From contig JAVZGQ010000003.1 of NCBI GenBank assembly GCA_038998585.1, forward strand, positions 10,196 to 74,195: 64,000 nt of DNA, in the 5' to 3' direction. The position numbers and the translations under genes are program-made. The notes beneath the pieces were generated by a model. It made no database searches. It had not been told where the DNA came from and saw only the letters and a program-made list of their open reading frames with translations. Positions 46,102 through 56,092 of this stretch are shown here, piece after piece (the stretch's first letter is position 1; each line of letters starts with the position of its first letter). Source of the DNA: Candidatus Aenigmatarchaeota archaeon (GTDB taxonomy: Archaea > Aenigmatarchaeota > Aenigmatarchaeia > CG10238-14 > SCSR01).

Positions 46102-47937
46102 TCACACCCTTGCTTTAATTCCGCTGAAAATTTGAGCACAAACGCCACACCCCCAGCAAAGATTTTGGTCTATGTAAAATCTACCACTTTCTTTTCTTAT
46201 TGCAGGGCAACCAAAACCTTTAAGTTTATTTGCCTTTTCTTCATCCGGCTGTTCTATGAACTCGAATTTTGGAATTTTTATACCTTTTCTTACCATATTT
46301 CTTACAGTTTGTAGTCTACATTCACCTCTTGAAACTATTAAACCTACACCAGGCAAAGAATAAAGCTCTTTTGCGGCTTTGATTAATTCTTCAAGATTGA
46401 AAGCGTTTACAACTCTAATATTCTCTACACCACAAGCCTTAGCTATATCTTCTATCGTCAAAGCCTTGGATTCTTCCTTCATCCCAGTTAAAGCAACTCC
46501 AGGATGTGGTTGATGACCAGTCATAGCAGTTGTTTTGTTATCTAGAACAACAACAAGCAAATTGCTTTTGTTGTGAATGGCGTTTATCAACCCAGGAATT
46601 CCAGCATGGAAGAAGGTAGAATCTCCAATAAAAACAACAGGCTTTTGTCTCGTAGCTCTTTCTATCCCCTGTGAAACACTTATGCTAGCACCCATAGAAA
46701 GAAAGAAATCCTGTTGACTTATGGGTGGGGAGATTCCTAACATGTAGCAGCCTATGTCACCACCAAAAACTTTCTCTGGACCAACAGCTTGTTTTATTGA
46801 CCAAAAGCTTGCTCTATGAGGGCAGCCTGGACAAAGCTGTGGGGATCTTATTTCTATTTTTTCAGCCTCAAATCTACTCAACACTTCTTTTGGAATTTTT
46901 TTCTTAGCTATTTTGGCTAGGGCTTTCATCACAATTTCTGGTTTGTATTCACCGGAAAAGGGGAGCAGATCTTTGCCATGAACTTTCAGTTTTGGATTCA
47001 CCCTTTTGGCTATTCTTTCGACTTCCTTCTCGATAATAGGTTCAAGTTCTTCTACAACAAGAACTTCTCCCAAATTTTTTATAAAATTTTTTATCAGATT
47101 TTCAGGGAACGGGAAAATCATGGTTAATTTGAGCAGTGGAATTTTCAGTTTAAGCTCATCCAAAGCCTCTCTCACATAATTGAAAGATATTCCAGAAGCT
47201 ATCACACCGATTTTGCTTTTTTGGTTTTTGTTCAACACGAAGTTAATTTTACTTCTATCCCCCAATTCTTTTATTTTTTCTAATTTCTCATGAATTTCAG
47301 CATGAGTTTGAATTATTCTTGGAGGGTAATTTCTAAAAGCTATGTCTTTAACGAATTTTCCTTCAATTTTCCCTTTTTTTATTCCTTCAAGTTTAACCAA
47401 GCTCCTCATATGGCTTACTCTTGTTGTGCTTCTTATCATAAAAGGAATATTAAATTTTTCAGAAAGTTCAAAAGCAAGCTTGGTTAAGTTTTTAGCATCT
47501 TGTGGATCAGAAGGTTCCAGCATAGGTAAATGAGCAATTCTTGAAAAAAGCCTGCTGTCTTGCTCTGATTGGGCCGAACTCAGACAACCAGGATCGTCTG
47601 CGACTACTATGACCATACCGGCTTTAACTCCAGTGTAAGCTAGGGGGAAAACAGAGTCGCAAGCAACATTCAGACCAAAGTCCTTAAATGAGACTATTGA
47701 CCTTAAACCAGAAAAAGCTGCTCCGGCCGCAACCTCAAGTGCCACTTTTTCATTTGTGCTATATTCAAAGTAAATTCCAGCCTGTTTTGCAACTTCAGCA
47801 AAAGTGTCACCAATTTCTGAGGCCGGGGTTCCAGGATAAGTTGTAGCTACAGCAATGCCAGCTTCCAAAGCACCTCTTGCTATTGCCTCATTCCCAAGCA
47901 GGAAGGCTTTATTTTTTTGAGATAAGACTTCACTCAT
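46102..47937 (-). CDS. iorA: Indolepyruvate:ferredoxin oxidoreductase alpha subunit
   Basis: Contains LLGNEAIARGALEAGIAVATTYPGTPASEI, the TPP-binding GDSTFFHAG and C-terminal ferredoxin-type cysteines (CWGCGVC). Confidence 0.85.
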   Translation of the reverse strand: MSEVLSQKNKAFLLGNEAIARGALEAGIAVATTYPGTPASEIGDTFAEVAKQAGIYFEYSTNEKVALEVAAGAAFSGLRSIVSFKDFGLNVACDSVFPLAYTGVKAGMVIVVADDPGCLSSAQSEQDSRLFSRIAHLPMLEPSDPQDAKNLTKLAFELSEKFNIPFMIRSTTRVSHMRSLVKLEGIKKGKIEGKFVKDIAFRNYPPRIIQTHAEIHEKLEKIKELGDRSKINFVLNKNQKSKIGVIASGISFNYVREALDELKLKIPLLKLTMIFPFPENLIKNFIKNLGEVLVVEELEPIIEKEVERIAKRVNPKLKVHGKDLLPFSGEYKPEIVMKALAKIAKKKIPKEVLSRFEAEKIEIRSPQLCPGCPHRASFWSIKQAVGPEKVFGGDIGCYMLGISPPISQQDFFLSMGASISVSQGIERATRQKPVVFIGDSTFFHAGIPGLINAIHNKSNLLVVVLDNKTTAMTGHQPHPGVALTGMKEESKALTIEDIAKACGVENIRVVNAFNLEELIKAAKELYSLPGVGLIVSRGECRLQTVRNMVRKGIKIPKFEFIEQPDEEKANKLKGFGCPAIRKESGRFYIDQNLCWGCGVCAQIFSGIKARV

Positions 47938-48203
47938 ATACTCACCAGTTAAAAATTTTGTTTGACTTATGTAAATAATTTATTTATTGTGTAACTAAAA
48001 GAATCTATTGAGTCCAGAAAGCAGAATCGTAAAAAGCAAAATAAAATGTGTTAAAATTTTTGATTTAAATAAAGATCATTTGGGCAAATTGTTTTATAAA
48101 TTGAGGTGATATGTGAAATGAATAAAAATATCCAAAAAAAAGACAAACGCTTTTTAGTGTAAAAAATAAATTACTATGGAATAATAATTAAGAATTTAAT
48201 TGG

Positions 48204-48230
48204 GCCCCCGTAAATATCGAGCCCCCGTAA
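48204..48230 (+). repeat. Direct duplication of the tRNA 5' exon (GCCCCCGTAA twice, 17-nt period)
   Basis: GCCCCCGTAA occurs at 48204-48213 and again at 48221-48230. Both copies can pair with the intron GGGG and the D-stem GCTC. Confidence 0.7.
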
Positions 48231-48307
48231 GTATGGGGAAAGCTCAGTTTGGATAGAGCGGCTGCCTTCTAAGCAGATGGTCGAGGGTTCAAATCCCTCC
48301 GGGGGCA
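48221..48307 (+). tRNA. tRNA-Arg(TCT) with a 12-nt non-canonical intron at 8/9; no encoded CCA
   Basis: The acceptor GCCCCCG pairs with CGGGGGC. Other elements are the D-arm GCTCAGTTTGGATAGAGC, anticodon loop CTTCTAA and T-arm GAGGG-TTCAAAT-CCCTC. Removing 48229-48240 gives a 75-nt cloverleaf. Confidence 0.8.
48229..48240 (+). other. tRNA intron (12 nt, position 8/9), relaxed bulge-helix motif
   Basis: The outer helix is GAGC:GCTC and the central helix is CCCC:GGGG. The 3' bulge is AAA, and the 5' GTA merges into a small loop. Confidence 0.65.
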
Positions 48308-48308
48308 T

Positions 48309-48542
48309 ATGTCGGAAGAAATAGAAGAACAAAGGTTTGGAATCTACATAGTAAGAAGAATAAACAAGAATACGAAACAGATGCAAGTCGAGCTAAAAAC
48401 AAAAGGAGAAAAATTTCCTTTGAGCGAAGCAGTTATAGTCTTGGAGGGCTGGATAGAGAGGGTGAAGCAAGAGATAAAAAAGCCATTTAACTTTGACAAA
48501 ATGATATTCAAAAGCTTTGATAAGTCGGAAAAAAAATCTTAA
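48309..48542 (+). CDS. Hypothetical small protein (77 aa)
   Basis: An intact ORF starting 2 nt after the tRNA. No motif recognised. Confidence 0.35.
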   Translation: MSEEIEEQRFGIYIVRRINKNTKQMQVELKTKGEKFPLSEAVIVLEGWIERVKQEIKKPFNFDKMIFKSFDKSEKKS

Positions 48543-48618
48543 AAGAAAAAATTTCAATAAAACAGTTTCATAGACGATAACCTTTAAACTATAAAAAAAC
48601 AAATTAAGGTTTGATTGA

Positions 48619-49392
48619 ATGACAAGAACTATATTAATAACCTCGGGCAAAGGAGGGGTCGGTAAGACCACTCTAACTTCAAATCTAGCTTCGGCACTAT
48701 CATTGCTAGGGGAAGATGTTGTTGCAGTTGATACAAACCTAACAACACCAAACTTAGGTTTGTACCTAGGAATGCATTTTGCTCCAGTAACTTTACACGA
48801 TGTCTTGAAAGGCGAATCAAAACTTAAGGATGCAATTTACCCCCACCCATTTGGCTTTAAGATAGTGCCGGCAAGTATGGGAGTAGATGACTTGACTGGG
48901 GCAGACCCCTCTCGCTTATACGAAGTTGTTTTGGATTTGATAGGTAAAACCAATTTTATTCTTTTAGATTCGGCGGCAGGTTTAGGCAGGGAGGCAACTT
49001 CGGCTTTGCAAGCAACAGAAGAAGTTTTGGTGATCACAAATCCAAATTTACCCTCTGTTGCTGATGCTCTTAAGACTGTAAGGCTTGCCGAGAGACTTGA
49101 AAAAAAGATAATAGGTGTGGTTGCTAACAGAGTGAGAAAAAAAGAATATGAGTTAACAAAGAATGAAATTGAGGAAATGATAGGGCATCCTGTTTTGGCC
49201 CAAATTCCAGAGGACAACAATGTGGCAAAAGCAATTTTTTCAAAGATGCCGGTTGTTAACTATTCTCCTCATTCTCCCGCTGCAATGGAATTCAAAAGAC
49301 TTGCCTGTTTTTTAACAGGAAGACCTTTTTTGGAAAGGCCGAGATTCCACTTTACTATTATTGACAAGCTTGTTAATTGGATGACTAGATAA
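48619..49392 (+). CDS. minD: MinD/ParA-family P-loop ATPase (archaeal MinD-like)
   Basis: Contains ILITSGKGGVGKTTLTSNLASAL (deviant Walker A) and ILLDSAAG. Confidence 0.85.
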   Translation: MTRTILITSGKGGVGKTTLTSNLASALSLLGEDVVAVDTNLTTPNLGLYLGMHFAPVTLHDVLKGESKLKDAIYPHPFGFKIVPASMGVDDLTGADPSRLYEVVLDLIGKTNFILLDSAAGLGREATSALQATEEVLVITNPNLPSVADALKTVRLAERLEKKIIGVVANRVRKKEYELTKNEIEEMIGHPVLAQIPEDNNVAKAIFSKMPVVNYSPHSPAAMEFKRLACFLTGRPFLERPRFHFTIIDKLVNWMTR

Positions 49393-51034
49393 AGCTTAAA
49401 TCAAGCTCAAAAGCAGCTACAGGCATATCAAGTTTCCAATTCTCGAGAACAGAGGGATGAATTTCTCCAATTATTCCCACATGTTTTCCATTCACAAAAA
49501 TATCTGCACATCTTCCCTCAATGAAGCTTGGATGTTTAATCCTCTTAAGCTTGTAATTCACATCAATCAAAGACATAAAAGCATCTAGAAAACTAGCAAT
49601 ATCTTCATACCTTACTACAGAATCAGCGATAGCCACGGCAACTTTTCTCACATCTCTTGTTCTTGTCTCTTGTTTTTCGTCAATTAGGATAACATCCCCA
49701 ACTTCAAATATCTTTTGTGGGTATTCAACATGTTTGTTGTTAGAAAAAAAGTCCATTAAGCTCGGTAATAACCAATTCCTGAACACAGACCAATTCTCAG
49801 AGACAATGTTTTCTATTTCTGCCACCCTCTCTTCTTTTAAATTCATCTTCTTAAACAAATTTTCTTTATTTGTTAGGGTGTAAGACAAAATCTCTTGAAA
49901 GCCCAAGCTTGTCATAAGCTCAGCAACTTTTTCAGTTTTTAATTCAGTTTCATTAATCTTTCCTTCAGTTTTTATCTTCAAGACTTCTGGTTTGATTTTA
50001 TCATATCCATAAGAAATTATCACATCTTCAACCACATCCCTTTGATGCATTATATCATTTCGATAAGCAGGGTAGAGTAATTCAATCTTATTATCTTTTT
50101 TCAAAATCTTGTAATTAGCTCTTTCAAGCAAATTACAAATTTTTTTCAGACTTAAATCGAGCCCAGTAATTTTTTTTACATAGCTCACATCAACAAAAGT
50201 CTTTTTTGGTTTTAGGTCTGGAGTTATTATAGTTTTATCAGGATAAACAACTTTAACAGAATAAATCTCTCCACCTCTGTCCGCCATGGCAGTAACCATA
50301 ACATTCAATGCAGGCATTAAGAACTTTAAATTAAATCCACTACATTCAATAAAAACATTTTTAGTCTCTTCCACAACTTTCCCACTGTACTCAGAGTTTA
50401 TGATTGGAGGTAAAGATAAAACTTCATTTCTTGCGTCAATGAAAACCGGATATTCTTTCTTTCCAGCAAGCAAGTGCCCAAACTCTTTTCCTTTTGGGTG
50501 TTTTTCTAAAATTTCCCTTGGGGTTAAAGCTTCTGTAAAGTCTAAAGGAATGAACTTGACTCCATCAGGCTTCACTGTCGTGAATTTTATCGGCGACTTG
50601 ATTTTATCATAATCATAAACACCAATTGCAACCTCTTTCCTATTTCTTCCTAAGCTTGTTGCAATTTTCTCTTGAAGCTGAATCATTTGTGAGAGAAAAG
50701 CTTGAGTCATTTTTAAATTCTTCACGACGGCACAGACAGTATAAGGCCTGATTCTCGAAACTTTTTTATCAACTTCAACAATAACTTCTGGTTCCTTGAC
50801 TCTGTATTCAGGAAAACTCGACTTGAATGCCCTGCTTTTAATCTCTCTTGCTATCCCTTCTGTGCTCCAAAGATCCGGTCTATTAGTGTCTTTTGCTTCA
50901 ATTTTTAAAGTATCACCCTCTACAGCATCTATTTCACACTTCGCAAAGTCCGCAAGCCCTTTCAATTCTTCTATTTCAATTCTTCTCCCAATCAACTCGC
51001 ACAAATCTTGATAAGAAACCTCTATCGTCGGCAT
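49385..51034 (-). CDS. pheT: Phenylalanyl-tRNA synthetase beta subunit
   Basis: MPTIEVSYQDLCELIG... shows the archaeal PheT B1/B5 and B3_4 organisation. The gene overlaps the pheS stop. Confidence 0.88.
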   Translation of the reverse strand: MPTIEVSYQDLCELIGRRIEIEELKGLADFAKCEIDAVEGDTLKIEAKDTNRPDLWSTEGIAREIKSRAFKSSFPEYRVKEPEVIVEVDKKVSRIRPYTVCAVVKNLKMTQAFLSQMIQLQEKIATSLGRNRKEVAIGVYDYDKIKSPIKFTTVKPDGVKFIPLDFTEALTPREILEKHPKGKEFGHLLAGKKEYPVFIDARNEVLSLPPIINSEYSGKVVEETKNVFIECSGFNLKFLMPALNVMVTAMADRGGEIYSVKVVYPDKTIITPDLKPKKTFVDVSYVKKITGLDLSLKKICNLLERANYKILKKDNKIELLYPAYRNDIMHQRDVVEDVIISYGYDKIKPEVLKIKTEGKINETELKTEKVAELMTSLGFQEILSYTLTNKENLFKKMNLKEERVAEIENIVSENWSVFRNWLLPSLMDFFSNNKHVEYPQKIFEVGDVILIDEKQETRTRDVRKVAVAIADSVVRYEDIASFLDAFMSLIDVNYKLKRIKHPSFIEGRCADIFVNGKHVGIIGEIHPSVLENWKLDMPVAAFELDLSFI

Positions 51035-52311
51035 TCAAAACCCTCCAATTCTCTAAGCCATTTTAAATTTCGGGAAAATAATTCCCTTATATCATTTATC
51101 TTTAGTTTGAACATAGCTAGCCTATCTATTCCTAGACCCCAAGCCAAAACTGGAACATTTATTCCCAATGGATGGGTTACTTCTTCTCTAAATATACCAG
51201 CACCTCCAAATTCTACCCATCCTAGTTGTGGGTGTTCACAAGATAACTGTACTGAACATTCTGTGAATGGATAGTAATCTGGTATGAACTTTACTTTTTT
51301 TGCTCCCGCGATTTCTTTTGCAAACATCTCTAAAATTCCTAGAAGATGTCTGAAATTTACTTCTTTCCCCAAAACTATACCTTCAACCTGATTAAATTCA
51401 ACTCCGTGTGAAGCATCTATAACATCTGGCCTGTAACATCTAGCTATTGCAAAATATTTCCCAGGAATTTTTGGTTTACTTGCTAAAGTTCTTGCAGACA
51501 GGCAAGTGCCATGTGCCCTTGGCATTAGTTGCATTGCAATTCTTGGGTCCCACCTATAACCCCAGCCCAAGCTTCCGGCCGTCCCTTTCTCGTGAGTTTT
51601 TTTCACAGCTCCGGCGATTTTTGGCAACTTACCAAACTTAGGATATTTCATCATATAAGTGCTCCACCAGTCTCTTGCAGGATGGTTTTGTGGTTGATAG
51701 AGAGCATCAAAATTCCAGAATTGTGTTTCTATCGTTGGGCCTTTCATCTCGACGAAACCCATGCTAATAAGCTTTTTTCTTATTTGACCCAAGAATTCAA
51801 GGTAAGGTTGTCTTTTACCAGGGGAAATTTTGTCCAATTCAAGCTTATTTTTGATTACTACAACATCAACAGTTTTGAATTTTTTACCTTTCCACAATTT
51901 TGTTATCAAAAGATCATGAGTTAAAACATCAATTACATTTCCTACTTTAGCTAAAGCTTCTTCTACAGTTTTATATGTTTCTGTAACTTTTTCAACAAGC
52001 TTTCTTTCTATCAAAATTTTCAAAATCTCTTCATCTACAGGCTTGCCTTTGCTTATTTTCTTCAAGGCCTCTTCTTCTGGAATTTCTTCAGGTAAAGGTT
52101 TCATCAAAATTATTTCATCCCCTTTCTTCATCACCCAGCCTTTCTCTAAGGCCCATTTCAAAGCTATTGGAAAGTTTTTAATTTTTGATATTAGCTTACC
52201 AAGAGTTGCCATTTTTTTTGGCATAGTGTCTAGAAGCAAAACAAGATTTTTTTCTGGCAAACCCTTTTCTAAATATTCTTTTCCCTCTTCTGTTAGCTTG
52301 TAGCTCGACAT
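51022..52311 (-). CDS. pheS: Phenylalanyl-tRNA synthetase alpha subunit
   Basis: Class II motifs are present, including FDALYQPQNHPARD and GWGLGIDRLAM. Confidence 0.9.
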   Translation of the reverse strand: MSSYKLTEEGKEYLEKGLPEKNLVLLLDTMPKKMATLGKLISKIKNFPIALKWALEKGWVMKKGDEIILMKPLPEEIPEEEALKKISKGKPVDEEILKILIERKLVEKVTETYKTVEEALAKVGNVIDVLTHDLLITKLWKGKKFKTVDVVVIKNKLELDKISPGKRQPYLEFLGQIRKKLISMGFVEMKGPTIETQFWNFDALYQPQNHPARDWWSTYMMKYPKFGKLPKIAGAVKKTHEKGTAGSLGWGYRWDPRIAMQLMPRAHGTCLSARTLASKPKIPGKYFAIARCYRPDVIDASHGVEFNQVEGIVLGKEVNFRHLLGILEMFAKEIAGAKKVKFIPDYYPFTECSVQLSCEHPQLGWVEFGGAGIFREEVTHPLGINVPVLAWGLGIDRLAMFKLKINDIRELFSRNLKWLRELEGFECRR

Positions 52312-52523
52312 TAAATCACTATTTGAACTTGATTAATATTATTTTTTATACCCAAAATGTTTACCACAATTACTTTCCCGTCTTTTATTAAAAAATTGAA
52401 GAATTTTAAGCCCAAGATCTTGTTATAAAATGATTTAGGGGCATTAAAAAGACTCAAGTTTTGCCAATGAATTAGATTATCATCACAATAATTTATTTAC
52501 ATAATAATTTTAACTTTATAGTT

Positions 52524-53237
52524 TTATCTTATTGGAGCGTATTCATTAATTTTAGGCATCTTTCCTGCCAATTTGTACATCAAATAAAATTTCACATATT
52601 TTATTATAGATTTAATTTTCCCCCACTTCCTTATTCTCCTCGGGAAAGTCATCACAAAAGCCGAATCAGTGCAGACAATTTTTCCCAACTTTGAAATTCT
52701 TTCAGAGATATCAAAATCTTCACAAAATCTTATATTTTCATTAAACCCACCAATTTTTTCAAAGGCTTTTCTTTCATAAGCCACACACACTCCAGTAACT
52801 TGCGGGGTTTTAGTTTTGAGGGAAATTTTTACGAATTGGCCGTACATCCAAAATAGCAAGAATTCTGTTATTTTAGCACTTAAAGGCATAATAGGGCAAG
52901 TGACACCAACAACACCCTCCTCAAATTTTTTTACAATTTCAGTTAAAAGGTTAAAAGTTGCTACCGTATCAGCATCTATAAAAACAAGAATTTCTCCTTC
53001 AGCTTCTCTCGCTCCAGCATTTTTCCCCGCAGACACGCCTTTTTTCTTAACTACGATAACCTTATCAACATATTTTTTTGCAATTTTCACTGTATTATCT
53101 TTGCTATTACCATCAGCAACAATTATTTCATATTTCCCTTTGTAATCTTGAGCCTTAAGAGCTTTTAAAGTAAATTCTATATACTTTTCTTCATTTAGTG
53201 TAGGCACTATTACTGAGACAAAGGGTAGTCTCTTCAT
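52524..53237 (-). CDS. Family 2 glycosyltransferase
   Basis: Contains VSVIVPTLNEEKYIEFTL...IIVADGNSKDNT...FIDAD (GT-A fold, DxD). Confidence 0.8.
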   Translation of the reverse strand: MKRLPFVSVIVPTLNEEKYIEFTLKALKAQDYKGKYEIIVADGNSKDNTVKIAKKYVDKVIVVKKKGVSAGKNAGAREAEGEILVFIDADTVATFNLLTEIVKKFEEGVVGVTCPIMPLSAKITEFLLFWMYGQFVKISLKTKTPQVTGVCVAYERKAFEKIGGFNENIRFCEDFDISERISKLGKIVCTDSAFVMTFPRRIRKWGKIKSIIKYVKFYLMYKLAGKMPKINEYAPIR

Positions 53238-53238
53238 C

Positions 53239-54369
53239 TTAACCCTTAAAAATGAATTTCTCGACTTGGTTTTTTGCCTTTTCCCTCTTCTTTTGATGTT
53301 TTTTCAAGAAATTGTTCAGTTTTTCAATTAGGATATTTTTCAGTTCTCCTGTGAGAAGTCGACCACTTTTATAGTCTTCTCTAATCTTCTCAAGCTTTTT
53401 ATCATCCTCTTCAAAAAAAGTTAGCCATTGGTAAGAAACATCTATATCAGGATTCCCTCCTCTCTTTCTATGCTCTTCTACCGTGGGCTGGCCACCAGAG
53501 AAAGCATATTTGACTATTTTCTCTCTTACAACTTCTGGGCTGTCTGTGGTGAAAATTGCAGTTTGTTTTTCTGAAGAAGACATTTTCCCTTGTTGCATCA
53601 TTCCTCCTAAACCTGGCAAGAATATGCAATGAATTATTGCGGGCTTGTAAAAACCAAGTTTGGGTAAAACATCTCTAGCTATCCTGAAATGAGGATCTTG
53701 ATCTACGGCCAAAGGCACCAAGCAAGGGATATTTTTTCTTTTTAAAACTGAAGGAAGAAGAGCCGGGACAGCTTGCATTGCTGTGTAAAAAATTGAACCG
53801 ATGTTTGTTTCGTTTGTAAAACCAAAAACAGCTTTAACTGTGGAAAAAGTTATTTTCTTAGCTATCTTGCAAGCTTCTTTATACATCAGATTGGCATGAA
53901 TAGTATCAACAAGAAAATAAGTTTTCTTTGGGTCAAACCCTAGGGCTATGACATCGAGCATATTTTCGTAAGTATATTTTTTTGTATCTTCCAAGGTGAG
54001 CTCGCTATGAAACAAAAATTTCTCTTCGTCTGGAAACTGAAACCAAAGCTCTACATCGAGCTTGTCTTGTAACCATTTTGTAAACATCCATGGGACTAAA
54101 TGACCCATGTGAATAGGACCAGAAGGTGCCCTTCCTGTATAGAGAAAAAACTTGTTTCCATTTTCATATTCATCTAAGGCCCAATCTAAGTCGCGATGAG
54201 CAAAAAATATTCTTCTTCTCAAAAAGTGGTGAAGTTCTTTTGTATGTTTTTTTATTCTTTCCAAGAGCTTTTCATCAAGTGAAGCGATTCCAAACTGCTT
54301 CATGAGCTTCTCATAATCTATTTCTCCTTTAACTTCCCATGGTGTTACAATAAATTTCTCCCCCTCCAT
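53239..54369 (-). CDS. trpS: Tryptophanyl-tRNA synthetase (archaeal/eukaryotic type)
   Basis: Contains VTPWEVKGEIDYEKLMKQFG, YTGRAPSGPIHMGHLVPWMFTKWLQ, AVDQDPHFR, KMSSS and AFSGGQPTVEEHRKRGGNPDIDV. Confidence 0.88.
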   Translation of the reverse strand: MEGEKFIVTPWEVKGEIDYEKLMKQFGIASLDEKLLERIKKHTKELHHFLRRRIFFAHRDLDWALDEYENGNKFFLYTGRAPSGPIHMGHLVPWMFTKWLQDKLDVELWFQFPDEEKFLFHSELTLEDTKKYTYENMLDVIALGFDPKKTYFLVDTIHANLMYKEACKIAKKITFSTVKAVFGFTNETNIGSIFYTAMQAVPALLPSVLKRKNIPCLVPLAVDQDPHFRIARDVLPKLGFYKPAIIHCIFLPGLGGMMQQGKMSSSEKQTAIFTTDSPEVVREKIVKYAFSGGQPTVEEHRKRGGNPDIDVSYQWLTFFEEDDKKLEKIREDYKSGRLLTGELKNILIEKLNNFLKKHQKKREKAKNQVEKFIFKG

Positions 54370-54453
54370 TTTAATCCCAAAAATATTTAATATTTTCTAA
54401 ATTATTTTAACAAATAAATATATGCAATTTCAACTTCAATAAAAGTGGTTTTC

Positions 54454-54888
54454 ATGGCTTCGTTTAAGTTTGTGATAAGCGACCCTGAAACAAGAAAGAG
54501 CTATCAGCTTGAATTAGATCAATCTAAAGCTTTAGGTTTAATTGGAAAGAAGATAGGAGAAGAATTCAATGGAGATTTGATAGGCCTACTAGGTTATTCT
54601 TTGAAAATTACAGGAGGAACCGATAAAGATGGCTTCCCAATGCACCCATCAATTCCAGGGAGCGTGAAGAAAAAGGTCTTACTTTCAGGCTCACCTTGCT
54701 TCCATCCAACAAAAAAGGGAGAAATAAGAAGGAAGACAGTAAGGGGTAACATGATTTCTTCAGATATAGTTCAAATTAATGTCAAGATAACCAAGAAAGG
54801 GGAAAAGCCTATTGAAGAACTTGTGCCAATAAAACAAAAAGCTGAGCAGAAAGTAGGAGGTGAAGGAATTCAAGGAAGTAAATCCTAA
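54454..54888 (+). CDS. rps6e: Ribosomal protein S6e
   Basis: Contains FKFVISDPETRKSYQLE...KITGGTDKDGFPM. The ATG at 54454 is preferred over the GTG at 54445. Confidence 0.88.
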   Translation: MASFKFVISDPETRKSYQLELDQSKALGLIGKKIGEEFNGDLIGLLGYSLKITGGTDKDGFPMHPSIPGSVKKKVLLSGSPCFHPTKKGEIRRKTVRGNMISSDIVQINVKITKKGEKPIEELVPIKQKAEQKVGGEGIQGSKS

Positions 54889-56089
54889 GCTTATACCAGA
54901 GGTTAATATAGGCCTTGTCGGCCATGTCGCGCACGGTAAGACCAGTTTAGTTGAGGCAATTTCAGGTAAAAGGACTTTAACTCATTCAGAGGAGTTGAAG
55001 CGTGGTATAACAATACGTTTGGGCTATGCAGATGCTTCTTTTTACAAATGCTTGAATTGTGGGCGCTACTCAACCTCACCAAAATGTCCATTTTGTTTTT
55101 CAGATACAGAGCTTCAGAGAACTGTAAGCTTTATAGATGCCCCGGGTCATGAGACTTTAATGGCAACCGTGTTAACAGGTGCAAGTCTTATGAATGGGGC
55201 AATTTTAATCATAGCTGCAAACGAGAAATGTCCTCAACCCCAGACTAAAGAACATTTGAAAGCCTTGGAGCTTATTGGGATAAAGAATGTGGTTGTTGCC
55301 CAGACAAAAATTGATTTGGTCTCTGAAGAACAAGCTTTAAACAATTACAGGCAAATAAAAGATTTTCTACAAGGCACAATATTGGAGAATTCGCCCATAA
55401 TTCCAGTTTCATCTCCCTACAGAATTAATATAGATGTGATGATAGAGGCAATAGAAAAATTCATCCCAACCCCTAAGCATGATGAAGCTAAAGATTTGAG
55501 AATGTTTGTGGCAAGAAGCTTTGACATAAATAAACCAGGGACCGAGTGTGATAAGCTTGTTGGTGGTGTGCTGGGAGGAGCCATAGTCCAGGGAAAGCTT
55601 AAGTTGGGTGATGAAATAGAAATAAGACCTGGGGTGAAAATTAAGGAAAAGTATCAGACTTTGTTCAGTAAGGTTGTTGGTTTGCAGAAAGCAAAAATAG
55701 ATTTGGAGGAAGCTGGACCAGGGGGCTTGCTTGGTGTGCTCACAGAGCTAGACCCCTTCTTAACAAAATCCGATTTACTTGTTGGTAATTTGGTCGGACA
55801 TCCAGGAAAGCTTCCAGAAGTTTTAAAGAGCTTGGAAATGGAAATGACTCTCTTAGAAAGAATAGTGGGGTCAGAAGATCTGAAGGAAATGCCGCCAATT
55901 AAACAAAACGAAAGTTTGATGATAAATGTTGGTACTGCTCGATCGATAGGTAATGTGGTTGAAGTTAAGAAAAATAGAGTAAAACTTGACTTGAAAATTC
56001 CTATTTGTGTTGAGAAAAATAGTAAAATAGTCGTTTCTAGACAAATCCTTGGAAGGTGGCGATTGGTTGGTTATGGTGTTCTTCTTTGA
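54860..56089 (+). CDS. eif2g: Translation initiation factor aIF2 gamma
   Basis: Contains PEVNIGLVGHVAHGKTSLVEAISG, the zinc ribbon CLNCG...CPFC, and DAPGH and TKID. The GTG start is embedded in GGAGGTG and overlaps the rps6e end. Confidence 0.9.
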   Translation: MKEFKEVNPKLIPEVNIGLVGHVAHGKTSLVEAISGKRTLTHSEELKRGITIRLGYADASFYKCLNCGRYSTSPKCPFCFSDTELQRTVSFIDAPGHETLMATVLTGASLMNGAILIIAANEKCPQPQTKEHLKALELIGIKNVVVAQTKIDLVSEEQALNNYRQIKDFLQGTILENSPIIPVSSPYRINIDVMIEAIEKFIPTPKHDEAKDLRMFVARSFDINKPGTECDKLVGGVLGGAIVQGKLKLGDEIEIRPGVKIKEKYQTLFSKVVGLQKAKIDLEEAGPGGLLGVLTELDPFLTKSDLLVGNLVGHPGKLPEVLKSLEMEMTLLERIVGSEDLKEMPPIKQNESLMINVGTARSIGNVVEVKKNRVKLDLKIPICVEKNSKIVVSRQILGRWRLVGYGVLL

Positions 56090-56092
56090 TGT

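Noticed and set aside
48174-48386. A 70-aa minus-strand ORF overlapping tRNA-Arg(TCT)
   Set aside because: It exists only because the GC-rich tRNA lacks stops. The tRNA fold is far better supported.
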